This document shows, one piece after another, positions 1-10,568 of a stretch of DNA of 64,000 bases. The position numbers and the translations under genes are program-made. The stretch covers positions 608,001 through 672,000 of the forward strand of contig CAWKHF010000006.1 of the NCBI GenBank assembly GCA_963849325.1, written 5' to 3'. The stretch is from an uncultured Planctomycetota bacterium. GTDB taxonomy: Bacteria; Planctomycetota; Planctomycetia; Gemmatales; Gemmataceae. The stretch's first letter is position 1. Every line of letters begins with the position of its first letter. The notes under the pieces were generated by a model. It made no database searches and had not been told where the DNA came from. It saw only the letters and a program-made list of their open reading frames with translations.

Positions 1-2986
1 TCGTGAACTCGCTCGTGTCGGCCGTGTTGACATCGGCAATGCTCGTCACCAGCGCTCCCGTCAGCGGATCGTAGGCGTCATACTGGAGGTAGCCGTCGGG
101 GTCTTGTACCCAGATAGGGTCTCCATTCGTATCGAAGACAGTCGTTGTCACGTCGGCCGTGCCCGGACCATTCTGGGCCGACGAGATGACCGGCGCGCTC
201 ACCGTCTCCGAGTGCACCTCGGCCGTGCCGGTGTACCAGGTGTAGGCGTAGGAAGTCGTCTCGGCGCCGCTGCCGTCGCTGTTGCGATACACCGTGTCCG
301 TGGCGATGGGCGCGAGGGTCTGACCGTTGAAAGCGTGGGCGTAATACTGCCAGGTCTCTTGCGGAATGAGCGTGCCCTGCTGACCCTGCTGAATCTGCTC
401 GTCTTCGAGGTAGCCGGCCACGCCGCCCGCCGTCGTCTCCGTCGCCGTCGTCGTTGTGTAGTAGGCGTAGCGCGTGATCAGGCCGCTCGTATTGTTGAGA
501 TACGGATAGTTGCCATTGCCGTTGCCCACCAGGCCGGCGTCGTAGTAGCTGTAGCCGCTGACGGCCGATGGCGCCGCTTGCAGGATGAGCTGGCCCTGGT
601 CGTTGTAGGCGTAGAAGTTGTCCGTATCGAGGCCGCTGACCGGATCGTAGTGATCGACGAGCATGGTCTGGCCGTAGGCGTTGGTATAGACCGTGTCGCT
701 GCTGCCGTCGGGATTGGTCACGCCCGTTTGCATCGCCCAGCTGTTGAAGCCGGGGGCGTTGTTGCTGGCGGTGTAGCTGAAGGTGTAGGTGCCCAGCCCG
801 CCGCTGCTCGTGGAATCGCCCGCGCCTTGGGCCACTTCCCGGGTGACACGCTGCTGGCTGTCGTACTGGAAGTAGTTATCGGCGTAGGGGGCCACCTGCG
901 CGTCGGTGAGGTCGCCGAGGTCGGTGCCCAGGGCGGCGGTCAGTCGGGTGTAGGAGGCGGGGTTGAAGACGTACTCCAGACCGCCGGCGTAGCCGTCGGC
1001 CTGTCCGTCGGTGTAGTAGCGGTAGTAGCTGGTGGACAGGACGTTGCCCTGACCGTCGAGGACGCTGGCGGTCATGAGATCGCCGAGGCTGCCGCCGTAC
1101 TGCTGGCTGCCGTCGTAGTAGCTGTACTGGACCTGCTGCACGGTGGTCCAGGCGCCGCCGTTGGTCTGCTGCCGCAGGGTCACGCTTTGGAGCAGGCCGG
1201 CGTTAGGGTCGGTGGAAGGCAGGTAGCTGTACAGCCACGATTCGGTGACGGTGTTGCCGTTGCTGCTGCCCGAACGCTGCATCGCGGCGATGTGGCCGTC
1301 GGCGGTGTAGGCGGTGACGGCCATGGTGACGCCGTTGGCGTCGGTGTAACTCTGGAATTGGCCCTGCTGGGCGGCTGGCCGGCTGGAGTCGAAGCCATCG
1401 AAGACGATCTGATCGCCCTGGCCGTCGATCAGCGTGTAGGTATCGTTGCTTCGGTTATAAGTTAGGTTCGAGGGATCGCGGAACCGTACCTGGTAGGTGC
1501 CGTCACCCTGGCTGTCGAAGTAGTAAGCGGTGGTGCCGTTGGCGAGGACGGCGAGGGTGTTGTTGGTCTCGCCGTCGGCCCGGACGAGGTGCGGCGTATA
1601 GGTATCGAGCCAGCCGGAGCCGTTGTCGGAGCCGGTGGCGTAGCCGGGGCCGTTGCTCCAGGAGCGCGTCTGTCCCCAGGCGAAGCCGAAGGCGTCGGAG
1701 TGCAGGTCGGTCTCGGCGATGTTCACCACGCCATCGGCGTAGCGCACCGGGAGAGGAGTCAGGATCGGGGGCGTTGTTTGGACGGCAGGCCCACCCGTGT
1801 TTGCGTCGCCAGGTGTGTAGGTGGCGGCGTTAGTATTGGCGGTCAATTGCACCAGGCTGCCGGGCTGGTTGGGGCAACCGCAGTTGCAGCTGGGTCCAGG
1901 GACGAAGGGCGTCGGCGTGGGAGTCGGAGTGGGCGTCGGCGTCGGGGTGGGCGTTGGAGTCGGCGTGGGCGTGGTAACGTCGGCCGAAGTCGCGAACGAG
2001 GTTTGGCTGCCGCCTACATCCGTAATGGTCACGCTGATCGGGTAGGAGCCGGTAGCGGCGTAGGTGTGCGTGCCATCGACGTAGAATTCGCTATCGTTTT
2101 TTTGCGGATTGTAGCCGCCCGAGGCGGTGCCCGGCGAGGTCTGCCCGTCGCCCCAGTCGATCTGGATGGTGTAATCGCTGGCAGGGGCTTCGGGGTTGTC
2201 ATCCGCGAAGAGGCCGACCGGACCGCTAAAGGGCACGCCGGCGGACATGGGGATAGTCTCGGAGTCGCTCGAATGCAAGGCGGCGTCGCTAACGACGGCG
2301 GTATCCGAGGCAGTAAGGGGGCCGCTTGGCCCGCTGACGCTGATGGAGATGGGATAGGTGCCCTCGTCGTCATAGGTCATGCTGCCATACACATAAATGG
2401 TAGTGGCGGTAACGGTGGGGTATTCGGTCGTGGTTTGGCCGTTGCCCCAATCGACGGTGGCGGTGTCCTGATCATTGGGGTTACCGTCGGGGTTGGAGAA
2501 AGTGGCCAGCGTCACGCCATAATTTTCGGCTCCTTCGACGAAGTTGAGGGTGGACGACGGGTCGTCGGCCGGCGTCATGCTGGTGCTGGCCGATTTGGTC
2601 GCCGGGGACCGGAGATGTCCTGGGACGGCCGCCGCATTCGAGGCGATCTTCGGCTCCGCCGTAGGGGTTAATGCTTCCCCGATGGCGGCCGTTTGCATCG
2701 GACTCGCGTAAACACTCTGGACAGCCGGGGTGGAGAGTGGATGGACCGGGCTGCCGGATTCATGGACGTTGTAAGCTTGCTCGGCGAAGGGAGTCGCGGA
2801 GGGCACCAACCTCGCTTCCAGGAACTCGATTTCGAGGAAGACGCGGCGGCGCCGGCGGGGCGACAGGAAGACGCGGCGCGAGAGGATGCGCGAGTCTTTG
2901 AGCCAGTAGCGCCAGGCTGCCCAGGCGTTGGCGAGCCAGTCAGACGGACGAAGATGGACGCGGAGCGAACGCTTCCAGCGCATCAT
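1..2986 (-). CDS. RHS/YD-repeat protein with planctomycete extracellular signal, two PKD/Ig-like domains and PT linker (runs off left edge)
   Basis: Manual minus-strand translation from ATG 2986 (GAGG upstream): MMRWKRSL...RRRRRVFLEIEFLEARLVPS; two DWG(N/D)G...G.(M/H)TY...G.YPIS PKD-like motifs; (PT)n; PVRYADG...QTRSWSN; Tyr/Thr-rich YD repeats (YSYYDG, FQYDSQQRVT, YAYNDQGQL, YDAYDPLTG). Not in the ORF track because no stop is reached. Confidence 0.85.
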   Translation of the reverse strand, partial: MMRWKRSLRVHLRPSDWLANAWAAWRYWLKDSRILSRRVFLSPRRRRRVFLEIEFLEARLVPSATPFAEQAYNVHESGSPVHPLSTPAVQSVYASPMQTAAIGEALTPTAEPKIASNAAAVPGHLRSPATKSASTSMTPADDPSSTLNFVEGAENYGVTLATFSNPDGNPNDQDTATVDWGNGQTTTEYPTVTATTIYVYGSMTYDDEGTYPISISVSGPSGPLTASDTAVVSDAALHSSDSETIPMSAGVPFSGPVGLFADDNPEAPASDYTIQIDWGDGQTSPGTASGGYNPQKNDSEFYVDGTHTYAATGSYPISVTITDVGGSQTSFATSADVTTPTPTPTPTPTPTPTPTPTPTPFVPGPSCNCGCPNQPGSLVQLTANTNAATYTPGDANTGGPAVQTTPPILTPLPVRYADGVVNIAETDLHSDAFGFAWGQTRSWSNGPGYATGSDNGSGWLDTYTPHLVRADGETNNTLAVLANGTTAYYFDSQGDGTYQVRFRDPSNLTYNRSNDTYTLIDGQGDQIVFDGFDSSRPAAQQGQFQSYTDANGVTMAVTAYTADGHIAAMQRSGSSNGNTVTESWLYSYLPSTDPNAGLLQSVTLRQQTNGGAWTTVQQVQYSYYDGSQQYGGSLGDLMTASVLDGQGNVLSTSYYRYYTDGQADGYAGGLEYVFNPASYTRLTAALGTDLGDLTDAQVAPYADNYFQYDSQQRVTREVAQGAGDSTSSGGLGTYTFSYTASNNAPGFNSWAMQTGVTNPDGSSDTVYTNAYGQTMLVDHYDPVSGLDTDNFYAYNDQGQLILQAAPSAVSGYSYYDAGLVGNGNGNYPYLNNTSGLITRYAYYTTTTATETTAGGVAGYLEDEQIQQGQQGTLIPQETWQYYAHAFNGQTLAPIATDTVYRNSDGSGAETTSYAYTWYTGTAEVHSETVSAPVISSAQNGPGTADVTTTVFDTNGDPIWVQDPDGYLQYDAYDPLTGALVTSIADVNTADTSEFT
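1910..1975 (-). repeat. Imperfect 6-bp repeat encoding a (PT)n linker
   Basis: gtcggcgtgggagtcggagtgggcgtcggcgtcggggtgggcgttggagtcggcgtgggcgtggt on + strand = TTPTPTPT... in the RHS protein. Confidence 0.9.
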
Positions 2987-3062
2987 CGGTGCGGTCCTCG
3001 CGGGTGAGAGATCCCCTCGGGTCACCGGTCTCGAAGTAATGAGGAAAGACTAACGAAGAAGT

Positions 3063-3091
3063 AAGGTAATCGCAGCTGGCGAGCGAGTCAA
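3063..3091 (-). promoter_or_regulatory. Putative sigma70-type promoter for the RHS gene
   Basis: TTGACT-17 bp-TACCTT on the minus strand, about 80 bp upstream of the ATG. Confidence 0.4.
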
Positions 3092-3168
3092 GGAAAAGTT
3101 GCTCATTTGACATTATATTTTTTGCACCGAGTGGTCAGGCGGTCTTCGGTTGCTGTCTCGCCGCGGTG

Positions 3169-6100
3169 TTAGTTGGAATCCGGGATCGAATTTTCCGATT
3201 TGGGAGTGGTTATATCGTCTTTCCCGCGCGGCGAGGAGGGGACGCGGAGAGCGGCGACATCGGCGCCATAGTCTTTCACCTTCTCGGTAGGCCGGAACGT
3301 CGTCGGCAGCAGTTGCGCGATGGGCATATCGGTGGCGGGCGGGTTGAGCAGCCTGGCGTTGTACAGGCTGTCCGTCTCGCGGCTGTAGTCCTTCCACTCC
3401 TTCAGACTGAACGGCGGCGGCATCTTCATCATGACGCCGATCGATTGCCGTTCGACCAGCGTATTGAAGCCGCCGTAAGCGTTGGTCCCGCCGCTCCAGT
3501 CGAGTTTGCCCATCAGGCCGCGTTCCTCGCCCTCCGGCGCTTCGAGATGGATCAGCGCGCCGTCGCCGGAGACGGGCAGAAACAGACAGTCCTCTGGCCG
3601 GCACTGAACCTGCGCCAAGCTCTTGAGGTCCTTGCCGGCCCGCACGTGGATGAGGTTCCCTCCCAGGTACGTCGTGACCTTCTTGAGCTGGAGGAAGAGG
3701 GGGGCCGCCGGCGCCGGCATGTCCTTGCTGCCCTCGACGTGGAGCAGCGAGCCGGTCAGGGCGGTCAGGCTGTTGCGAATGGTAACTTCGGCGGGTTGGC
3801 CGCCCTGCGACCAGAACCAGGTCGCCCTGGCCGCGGACGAAACTGTTCTCCAGGACCAAACGCGGTTTCTGCTCCGCCGGCGTGTCGCTCTTCTTCATCA
3901 GCTTTCCCGGTTCGTTCAGCACCGCCACGGCCAGGACCGCTTTTTTGCCCGAACGGTCCAGCGTGATGACACAGCCGCTCAGCACGCATTCGCCGTCACC
4001 CAGGAACGATACGACCGCTTGCGCGTCGAAATCGTCGCGGGCCGGTTGCAGGCGCAGTTGCAGACCTTCCAGTCGGAGTTTGCCGTTGTAGACGCGGAAC
4101 AGGGCCGCCTCGGCCTCTTGCGTGTCGCCCAGCGTCAGCACCGGATGGAAACCCTTGTCGGCGGCAATCGTCAGGTCCGTCAGCCGCGAACCGTCCAGGG
4201 CGAGCGGGTCGAGTTTCACGTCGCCATCGAGACGAAGCCGGATGACGTCGCCGGGCTGGGCGTCGAGGAGAGCGTGACCCAGCGTGGGATACAGATGATT
4301 TTCCCGATCCGATTTCTCTCTTTCGACCACCAGCGGACGTCGCTCGGACGGCGTGGGACCGTCCTTCAGGGGCGGCAGGTTGTCCAGGTAGGAGAAGGCC
4401 AGCACCTGCTCGGCGCCGACGAGCCGGCCGTTGCTCTTGTCCTTGACAGACAGGCGCAACTCGGGCAGCAGGGGGTTGACCTGGAAGGCGGCCTGGATCG
4501 CCAACTGCTCCAACTGCTTGAGCGGCTGGGGGTCTTTCCAGGGAGAAGTCTCCAGCTCGCGCAGCTCGTCGTCGGACTGGATCTGGTCGAGCAGGCTCTG
4601 CCTCGTCTCCTCGGCAGCGCCGGCGACGTAACGATCGAGTTGGTGGTAGCGGTTGTCGCGGCCCTTGTAGCTGACGCGGCCCGGAGCGGACGTCTGCCGG
4701 ACCAGGACCGCGCCCTTATCCTCGGGCATGCCAGCCATGCCCGGCTCGCCGGGGTGCGAAAACAGCGAGGCATTCGCTTCGATGCGGGCATCGGCGCCGT
4801 CGGCCACGTCGAACACCGCCGACTGGTTGGCCGTCAGGATCGAACAGTGGTGGAGCACCACGGCGCCCTCGTTGTCGGGCGCGTGTCCTTCCAGGCGGAA
4901 GGTGGCGGCGTGCGGGCCGAAGACGCAGTTGGACGCCTCCAGGCGAACCGGGCCGCGGCGCCGCACGGCGTCCTGCCCGCCCGAGGCCGCCCCGCTGAAC
5001 ACCACTTCCGCCGGCCCGCTGTCCGCGGTAGCCAATGATGCGAAACCCAGGAAGCACGATTCGCTCAGCGTCAGCGTGGCGAACTCCCGCGCCTCGATGA
5101 ACACCGAGGCCAGGCGATTTTTGTCGCTGCGAGCCGGATCGGCCTGGAGGAACTCGCAGCCGTGGACCTTCGCCAGTCGAGTGCCGCGCAAGTGCAGGGC
5201 AGCCATCGACACGCCGGCGCCGTTCTGATCCAGCACGAAGCGGAGGTTTTCCACCGTGCAGTCCTTGCTGTCGATCGTCAGCGCCGCCTGCAGCGCCGGG
5301 GACGTCCGAGCATGGTAGCCGTAGCGGATGGTGGTTGGCCGTTTGTGAGCATCGCGGGCCCGGATGGTCACGATGGGGTTGGTGACGATCAACTCCGGTT
5401 CGCCGTCGTCGCGGCCGAGAAGGATGAGGTCGTCGGCCAACTCGATCCGGATCTCGCGGTCCTGCTTGTGCATTTGCAAGAACTTGGCCAGCTCCGTCGC
5501 CGTCGGCTTGTCGCTTCGGTAAACAGGGGTGCTCGTCTCCGGCCGGGGCGGTGTCGAGGGCGGCGTCGAGGTGAAGTCCTTCAACAACGGTGTCGGCGCG
5601 GTCGCCACCGGCGAGCCGGAAGTGTTGTCATTGGCCTTGTGGTTGCTGGGAGTCTGGACCGCAGGGTTCGGCGAGGGCTCGGGTTTCGAGGCCGACAAGG
5701 CGTCGATGAGGAAGATGAGTCCGACCACGGCGACGGCGGCCAGGGCGGCCAGTACCAGCGGCCGACCGGCCGGCGGATTGGGGAGGGCCGCCTCCACCGC
5801 CAAAACGCCCTCCGGCGCCTCCGCCGAGGCGCCCAGCTTCCGCGCCGCCAGGTACAAATGGTGGACGAGCTGCTCGGGCGTCTGGTAGCGATCCCGGGGC
5901 TGCTTGGCGATCATGCGGTCAAGAATAACGGCCGCCTCGTCGGGCAGGTCGGGTACGAACTGGCGCGGATCGGGTGGCTTGACGTGCTGATGGTGGTGCA
6001 GTTTCTTGGCCGCCGTTCCTTCCGGCACGGGCGGTTGCCCGGTCAGCATGTGGTAGAAGGTGCAGCCCAGCGAGTAGATGTCGCTGCGCACGTCGGCGTC

Positions 6101-6838
6101 GCGCGGCTCCAACGCCTGCTCCGGCGAGATGTAGTCGAAGGTGCCCAGCGTCACGCCCGACTGGGTCAGGCCCATGTCCTGTTGCGGTCCCAGGCTGCGA
6201 GCCAGGCCCATATCGACGAGCTTGGCTCGGCCGTTGGGCGTGATGATGATGTTGGACGGCTTGATGTCGCGGTGGACGACGCCGCGGCCGGCCGCGTGCG
6301 CCAGCCCGGCCGCCACCTGCAGCATGTAGTTGAGCGCCTCGCTGACCGGCAGTCGGCCGCGCCGCTCCAGCAGGACACGCAGGTTGTCGCCCTCGACAAA
6401 CTCGAAGGCGATGAAGTGCAGCCGCTGGTCCTCGCCGCAGAAGAACACGCGAGCAATGTTCTCGTGATCGAGCCGGGCGGCGCTGCGGGCCTCCTGATGA
6501 AAGCGGCGGACGTTCTCGGGGTCGGCCGCCATCTCCGGCGGCAGGATCTTCAGGGCCACCTGCCGGTCCAGTTGCGTGTCGCGGGCGCGCAGCACCGCCG
6601 CCATGCCGCCGACGCCGATCGGCTCGATCAGCTCGAAGTGGGCCAACCGCCGGCCGCGCAGACTGCCGGAAAAGTTCTCGTCCGATTTGGGTGGCAAGCG
6701 AGGCTGCGGCGTCCGCGAGATCACCGTCGGCGAATCGTCGGTCGGTTCGATGGAGCCGTCCAGCAGGTTGACGGCCTCGTCGTCGGGGGGCGGAGGAGGA
6801 ACTGCTTTCCGAGGCGGATCGCCGAGAGGATCGGACAT
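3169..6838 (-). CDS. Membrane Ser/Thr protein kinase with large extracytoplasmic beta-helix-like C-terminal region (frameshift near 3800)
   Basis: IGVGGMAAV, VALK, HRDIKPSN, DMG, GTFDYISPE, DIYSLG; TM segment PLVLAALAAVAVVGLIFLI; the C-terminus continues in ORF 3169..3720. Confidence 0.88.
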
Positions 6839-7045
6839 GACATCGCTACGGGACAATCCCGCCTCTCTGGAGTGATGCGATCCGGGCTCCGGATTGCTCT
6901 TGGGTCCACACGCGGGAAGCTGTCGAGCCTCGGGGCGAGCCGTGGATTAATCGCGAGTCGCCTATCGCCGCCAACGGAGAGATGAACGGTTCCTTCCGTG
7001 GTTCGTTGGCTGCGGCGCTGCAACCCCACGATAGAGCCTGTTTCG

Positions 7046-7075
7046 ACTATAACCTGTGGCAAGGGAGGCTGTCAA
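7046..7075 (-). promoter_or_regulatory. Putative sigma70-type promoter for the kinase gene
   Basis: TTGACA-18 bp-TATAGT on the minus strand. Confidence 0.5.
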
Positions 7076-7258
7076 TTGAGCAGTTCAGGCGAACGAGGCA
7101 AACGAAGGGCGATGCGGGCGAACGGACTCTGCAGCCGAAAGGAGAGGAGCGGCAAAGAGGTCTTCCTTTTTCGTTGCGTCTCAATCCACGGGCTGTTACA
7201 AGAGGAAGAATTCCGGAGAAAGAGTCCTCCTTTGCGCATCCGTTGACAGAATGCCTCC

Positions 7259-7849
7259 TTGGGAGGTTTCACGGAAACGTCCGCCAGCTTGCTGGAGCGC
7301 CTCCGCACGTCGCCCGACGAAGCGGCCTGGCGGCGTCTCGACGACCTCTACCAGCCGCTCATCCGCCGCTGGCTGCTCCGCGACCCCTCCCTTCGCGAAG
7401 AGGCCGACGACATCGTTCAGGAAGTCATGAGTGTCCTCGTCCGTGAATTACCCGGTTTCCGACGACAGCGTAACGGCTCCTTCCGCCGCTGGCTCCGCAC
7501 CATCACCGCCCACCGTTTGGCCGCCCTCTACCGTTCGCGGAAGAACCGGCCCGTGGCGCTGGGATGTCCGCCGGAGGAGTCCCCACTGACGCAGCTGGCC
7601 GACCCCAACAGCGAGTTGAGCCGCCAATGGGACCGCGAGCACGATCATTATGTTTTGTCCCGCCTCCTGGAGCTGATCGCGCCTTTGTTCGAGCCGACCA
7701 CGTTGGCCGCCTTCCGGCGCATGGCCCTCGATGGCATCGCCCCGGCGCAGGCGGCGGAGGAGCTGGGTCTGTCGCTCAACGCCGTTCTGATCGCCAAGTC
7801 CCGCGTCCTCAGCAAGCTGCGTCAGGAAGCCAAGGGATTGATCGACTGA
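7259..7849 (+). CDS. ECF sigma-70 factor (kinase-associated planctomycete type)
   Basis: ETSASLLERL...AW..L...Y.PLIRRW, EADDIVQEV, GSFRRWLRTI, region 4 AAEELGLSLNAVLIAKSRV; start codon uncertain (TTG 7259, or ACG 7271 after GGAGG). Confidence 0.9.
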   Translation: MGGFTETSASLLERLRTSPDEAAWRRLDDLYQPLIRRWLLRDPSLREEADDIVQEVMSVLVRELPGFRRQRNGSFRRWLRTITAHRLAALYRSRKNRPVALGCPPEESPLTQLADPNSELSRQWDREHDHYVLSRLLELIAPLFEPTTLAAFRRMALDGIAPAQAAEELGLSLNAVLIAKSRVLSKLRQEAKGLID

Positions 7850-7972
7850 CCGCGCATTTTTCTGAAAGGTTTGGCCGTCGGGCGCACTCCTTGAACCGAG
7901 CGAAGGGACGCCTGCAACTGAGCGAGAAGGGACCGGGCTGTCGTTGACGCATCCTCCCCGAAGGAGCTGACC

Positions 7973-10297
7973 ATGCCGGAAGCCATGATTCATCCGACGC
8001 CCCAGGAGTTGACGGCCTTCGGACTGGGCAAGCTGCCCGAGCGTGCCGCCGCCGTCGTCGCCGCCCACCTGGGAGTCTGCCCCGACTGCCGCCAGGCTGT
8101 CGCCGGCGTTCTGCCCGACTCCTTCCTCGACAAGGTCCGGGACGCCAGCCCCGGCGGCTCCTCCTTCCCGCCTAACCCGCCACGACCGGACAACGCTCCC
8201 AGCAGTGCGGGCCGGCCAGCGACGCCGGCCGCCCCCTTGTGTCCGAACCTCCCGCCGGAGTTGGCCAACCATCCGAAGTACCAAATCCTGCGCGAGCTGG
8301 GCCACGGCGGCATGGGCGTCGTCTACCAGGCGCGGCAGATCGGCATGATGGTCCGGCCGGTCGTCATCAAGGTCGTCAGCCGCGCCCTGCTGGACAACCC
8401 CGACGCGCTGGAACGCTTCCTCCGCGAAGTGCAGGCGGCGGCGCAACTGTCGCATCCCAACATCGTCACCGCCTATGACGCCGAGCAGGCCGGCGAGTTG
8501 CGCATGCTGGTCATGGAATTCGTGCCCGGCCAGAACCTGGCCGAAGTGCTGCAAAAGAAAGGCCCGCTGCCGGTGGCGACCGCTTGTCAGTATGCGCGTC
8601 AGGCGGCGTGGGCCTTGCAGCACGCCTACGAGCGCGGCATGGTCCACCGCGACATCAAGCCGCAGAACCTGATGTTGACGCCCAAGGGTCAGGTCAAGGT
8701 GCTCGACTTCGGCCTGGCCAAGGTGGTCAGCGAGCAGGGCGCGGGCAGGGGGCTGACGTCGTCCAACTCGTACATGGGCACGCCGGAGTACAGCGCTCCG
8801 GAGCAGGCCACTGATGCTCGCACGGCCGACATCCGCGCCGATTTGTACAGTCTGGGCTGTACCTTGTACTGTCTGCTGGCCGGTCGTCCGCCGTTCCGCG
8901 AAGACACGGCGATCAAGACCATCCTGGCCCATCTTGAGAAGCAGCCGCAACCGCTGGCGGAGTTACGGTCGGACGTGCCGGAGCGTCTGTGGGCAGTGGT
9001 GTCGCGGCTGCTGGCCAAGGAGCCGGGACAGCGTTATCAGAAGCCGCTGGAGGTGGTGCAGGCGTTGACGCCGTTCGTCAAGTCGGGGGCGAAGCCGGAG
9101 GCGAAGAGCGGTTCGGCGCCGGTCGTGAGGTCGCCGGGTACGGGGACGATGCTGGCGGCGGACACCGGCCAGATCCAGAGGATCTTGCGGGAAGTCCCCG
9201 GCAAGACGCCGGCCAAGGAAGTGCCAGCGAAGGACGAGGCTTCGCCCTTCGCCGACTTGAGGGACGCCGGCGTTACCTCGCCGGAAGTGAGGCGAGCGAG
9301 CAAGGTAGCGAACCAGGTGCCGACGCGGTGGTCTCGGTGTTGGCCGATGCTGGCTGGTGGGGGCGTATTGCTGCTTGCGTTGCTGGGAATGTGGGCGGTC
9401 GGCGGGTTCAAGGGGAAGGGGAAGACGGCCGACGGCGAGGCGCTCAAGGAATCCTCAAAAGAGAAGCCAGACCATTTGCCGAACTCGATCACCAACTCGA
9501 TAGGTATGAAGCTTGTACTCGTCCAGCCAGGCACCTTCCTCATGGGTTCACCCGTCAGCGAGGCGTGGCGCAGCGACGATGAATCCCAGCATGAAGTCGA
9601 GATCACCCGATCTTTCTACGTGGGCGTCTATGAGGTGACGCAGGAGCAGTATGAGCGCATCATGGGCCAGAACCCGAGTTGGTTCTCGTCCACGGGCAGC
9701 GGCAAGGACAAGGTGAAGGGCATGGACACGCGCTCGTTCCCGGTGGAGAACGTTACGTGGAACGAAGCCGTCGAATTCTGCCGCCGCCTCTCGGAACGGC
9801 CCGACGAAAAGGAAAAGGAACGTCTGTATCGCTTGCCGACCGAGGCGGAATGGGAATACATTTGCCGCGGCGGGCCTTTTTTCAAGAAACCTTCACCGCC
9901 TTTCTCTTTCGGCAACTCCCTCTCTGACACACAAGCCAACTTTGACGGGAACTACCCTTATGGCGGCGCGGCCAACGGTGTCTACCTGGAGCGCCCTACG
10001 AAAGTCAGCTCCTATCCTCCCAATTCTCTCGGGTTGCACGATCTCCACGGCAACGTCTGGGAATGGTGTACCGATTGGTACGACAGGGAATACTATAAAC
10101 ACAGCCCTCGGCAAGACCCACAAGGACCGGCAAAGAGCGGGCGCCGTGTTTTGCGCGGCGGTTTCTGGGGCGGGATCGGCAGGCACTGTCGCTCCGCCTT
10201 CCACCTCTACTATGAGCCCGGCGATAGCGGCTTCGACGTAGGTTTTCGCGTTGTGTTGGTTTCCGGCGCGAGGACTTATAGTGGCTCAAAAGAATGA
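7973..10297 (+). CDS. Ser/Thr kinase with N-terminal zinc-finger (anti-sigma-like) domain, TM helix and C-terminal FGE-sulfatase/C-type-lectin domain
   Basis: HP...L.AF..G.L...HLGVCPDC; LGHGGMGVV, HRDIKPQN, DFG, GTPEYSAPE; NSIGMKLV...GTFLMGS, EVTQEQY, RLPTEAEWEY, GLHDLHGNVWEW, RVLRGG, GFRVV. Confidence 0.93.
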   Translation: MPEAMIHPTPQELTAFGLGKLPERAAAVVAAHLGVCPDCRQAVAGVLPDSFLDKVRDASPGGSSFPPNPPRPDNAPSSAGRPATPAAPLCPNLPPELANHPKYQILRELGHGGMGVVYQARQIGMMVRPVVIKVVSRALLDNPDALERFLREVQAAAQLSHPNIVTAYDAEQAGELRMLVMEFVPGQNLAEVLQKKGPLPVATACQYARQAAWALQHAYERGMVHRDIKPQNLMLTPKGQVKVLDFGLAKVVSEQGAGRGLTSSNSYMGTPEYSAPEQATDARTADIRADLYSLGCTLYCLLAGRPPFREDTAIKTILAHLEKQPQPLAELRSDVPERLWAVVSRLLAKEPGQRYQKPLEVVQALTPFVKSGAKPEAKSGSAPVVRSPGTGTMLAADTGQIQRILREVPGKTPAKEVPAKDEASPFADLRDAGVTSPEVRRASKVANQVPTRWSRCWPMLAGGGVLLLALLGMWAVGGFKGKGKTADGEALKESSKEKPDHLPNSITNSIGMKLVLVQPGTFLMGSPVSEAWRSDDESQHEVEITRSFYVGVYEVTQEQYERIMGQNPSWFSSTGSGKDKVKGMDTRSFPVENVTWNEAVEFCRRLSERPDEKEKERLYRLPTEAEWEYICRGGPFFKKPSPPFSFGNSLSDTQANFDGNYPYGGAANGVYLERPTKVSSYPPNSLGLHDLHGNVWEWCTDWYDREYYKHSPRQDPQGPAKSGRRVLRGGFWGGIGRHCRSAFHLYYEPGDSGFDVGFRVVLVSGARTYSGSKE

Positions 10298-10423
10298 ACC
10301 ACAGATGAACACGGATGAACACGGATAAAAGACAAAAAGAGAGAAAGAGACCGGAAGGGAGCATTCTTCACTATCGCTTTTCTTTTTGTTTCGATCCGTG
10401 TTCATCTGTGTTCATCTGTGGTT
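10297..10423. repeat. Palindromic intergenic element, CAC(A/G)GAT tandem-unit family, copy 1
   Basis: aaccacagatgaacacggatgaacacggat ... atccgtgttcatctgtgttcatctgtggtt; related copies at 45146-45295 and 55952-56046. Confidence 0.9.
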
Positions 10424-10440
10424 AGTTATTTTACAGGTTA

Positions 10441-10520
10441 TCAGCGCCAAGGACGTGCGCGAGCCGTGCGGCCAGCCCGGACGAAGTGCGCCGGCTGTGG
10501 TCGCCGACAGCCTCGTGAGT
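10441..10520 (+). pseudogene. Internally deleted remnant of an Rpn-like family A gene
   Basis: aaggacgtgcgcgagc (KDVRE) joined to gacgaagtgcgccggctgtggtcgccg (DEVRRLWSP), matching an internal segment and the 3' end of 11758..12684. Confidence 0.65.
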
Positions 10521-10568
10521 CTGCCGCAAGGAGATAGTGAGTCGAGACGTGAATGAGGATCGAACGCC

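Noticed and set aside
104-2671. Long plus-strand ORFs 104..1465 and 1589..2671, and similar antisense ORFs such as 5162..6985, 17466..19004, 32547..34352 and 60102..61742
   Set aside because: Shadow ORFs of GC-rich genes on the opposite strand; V/G/A/R-rich with no recognisable motifs.
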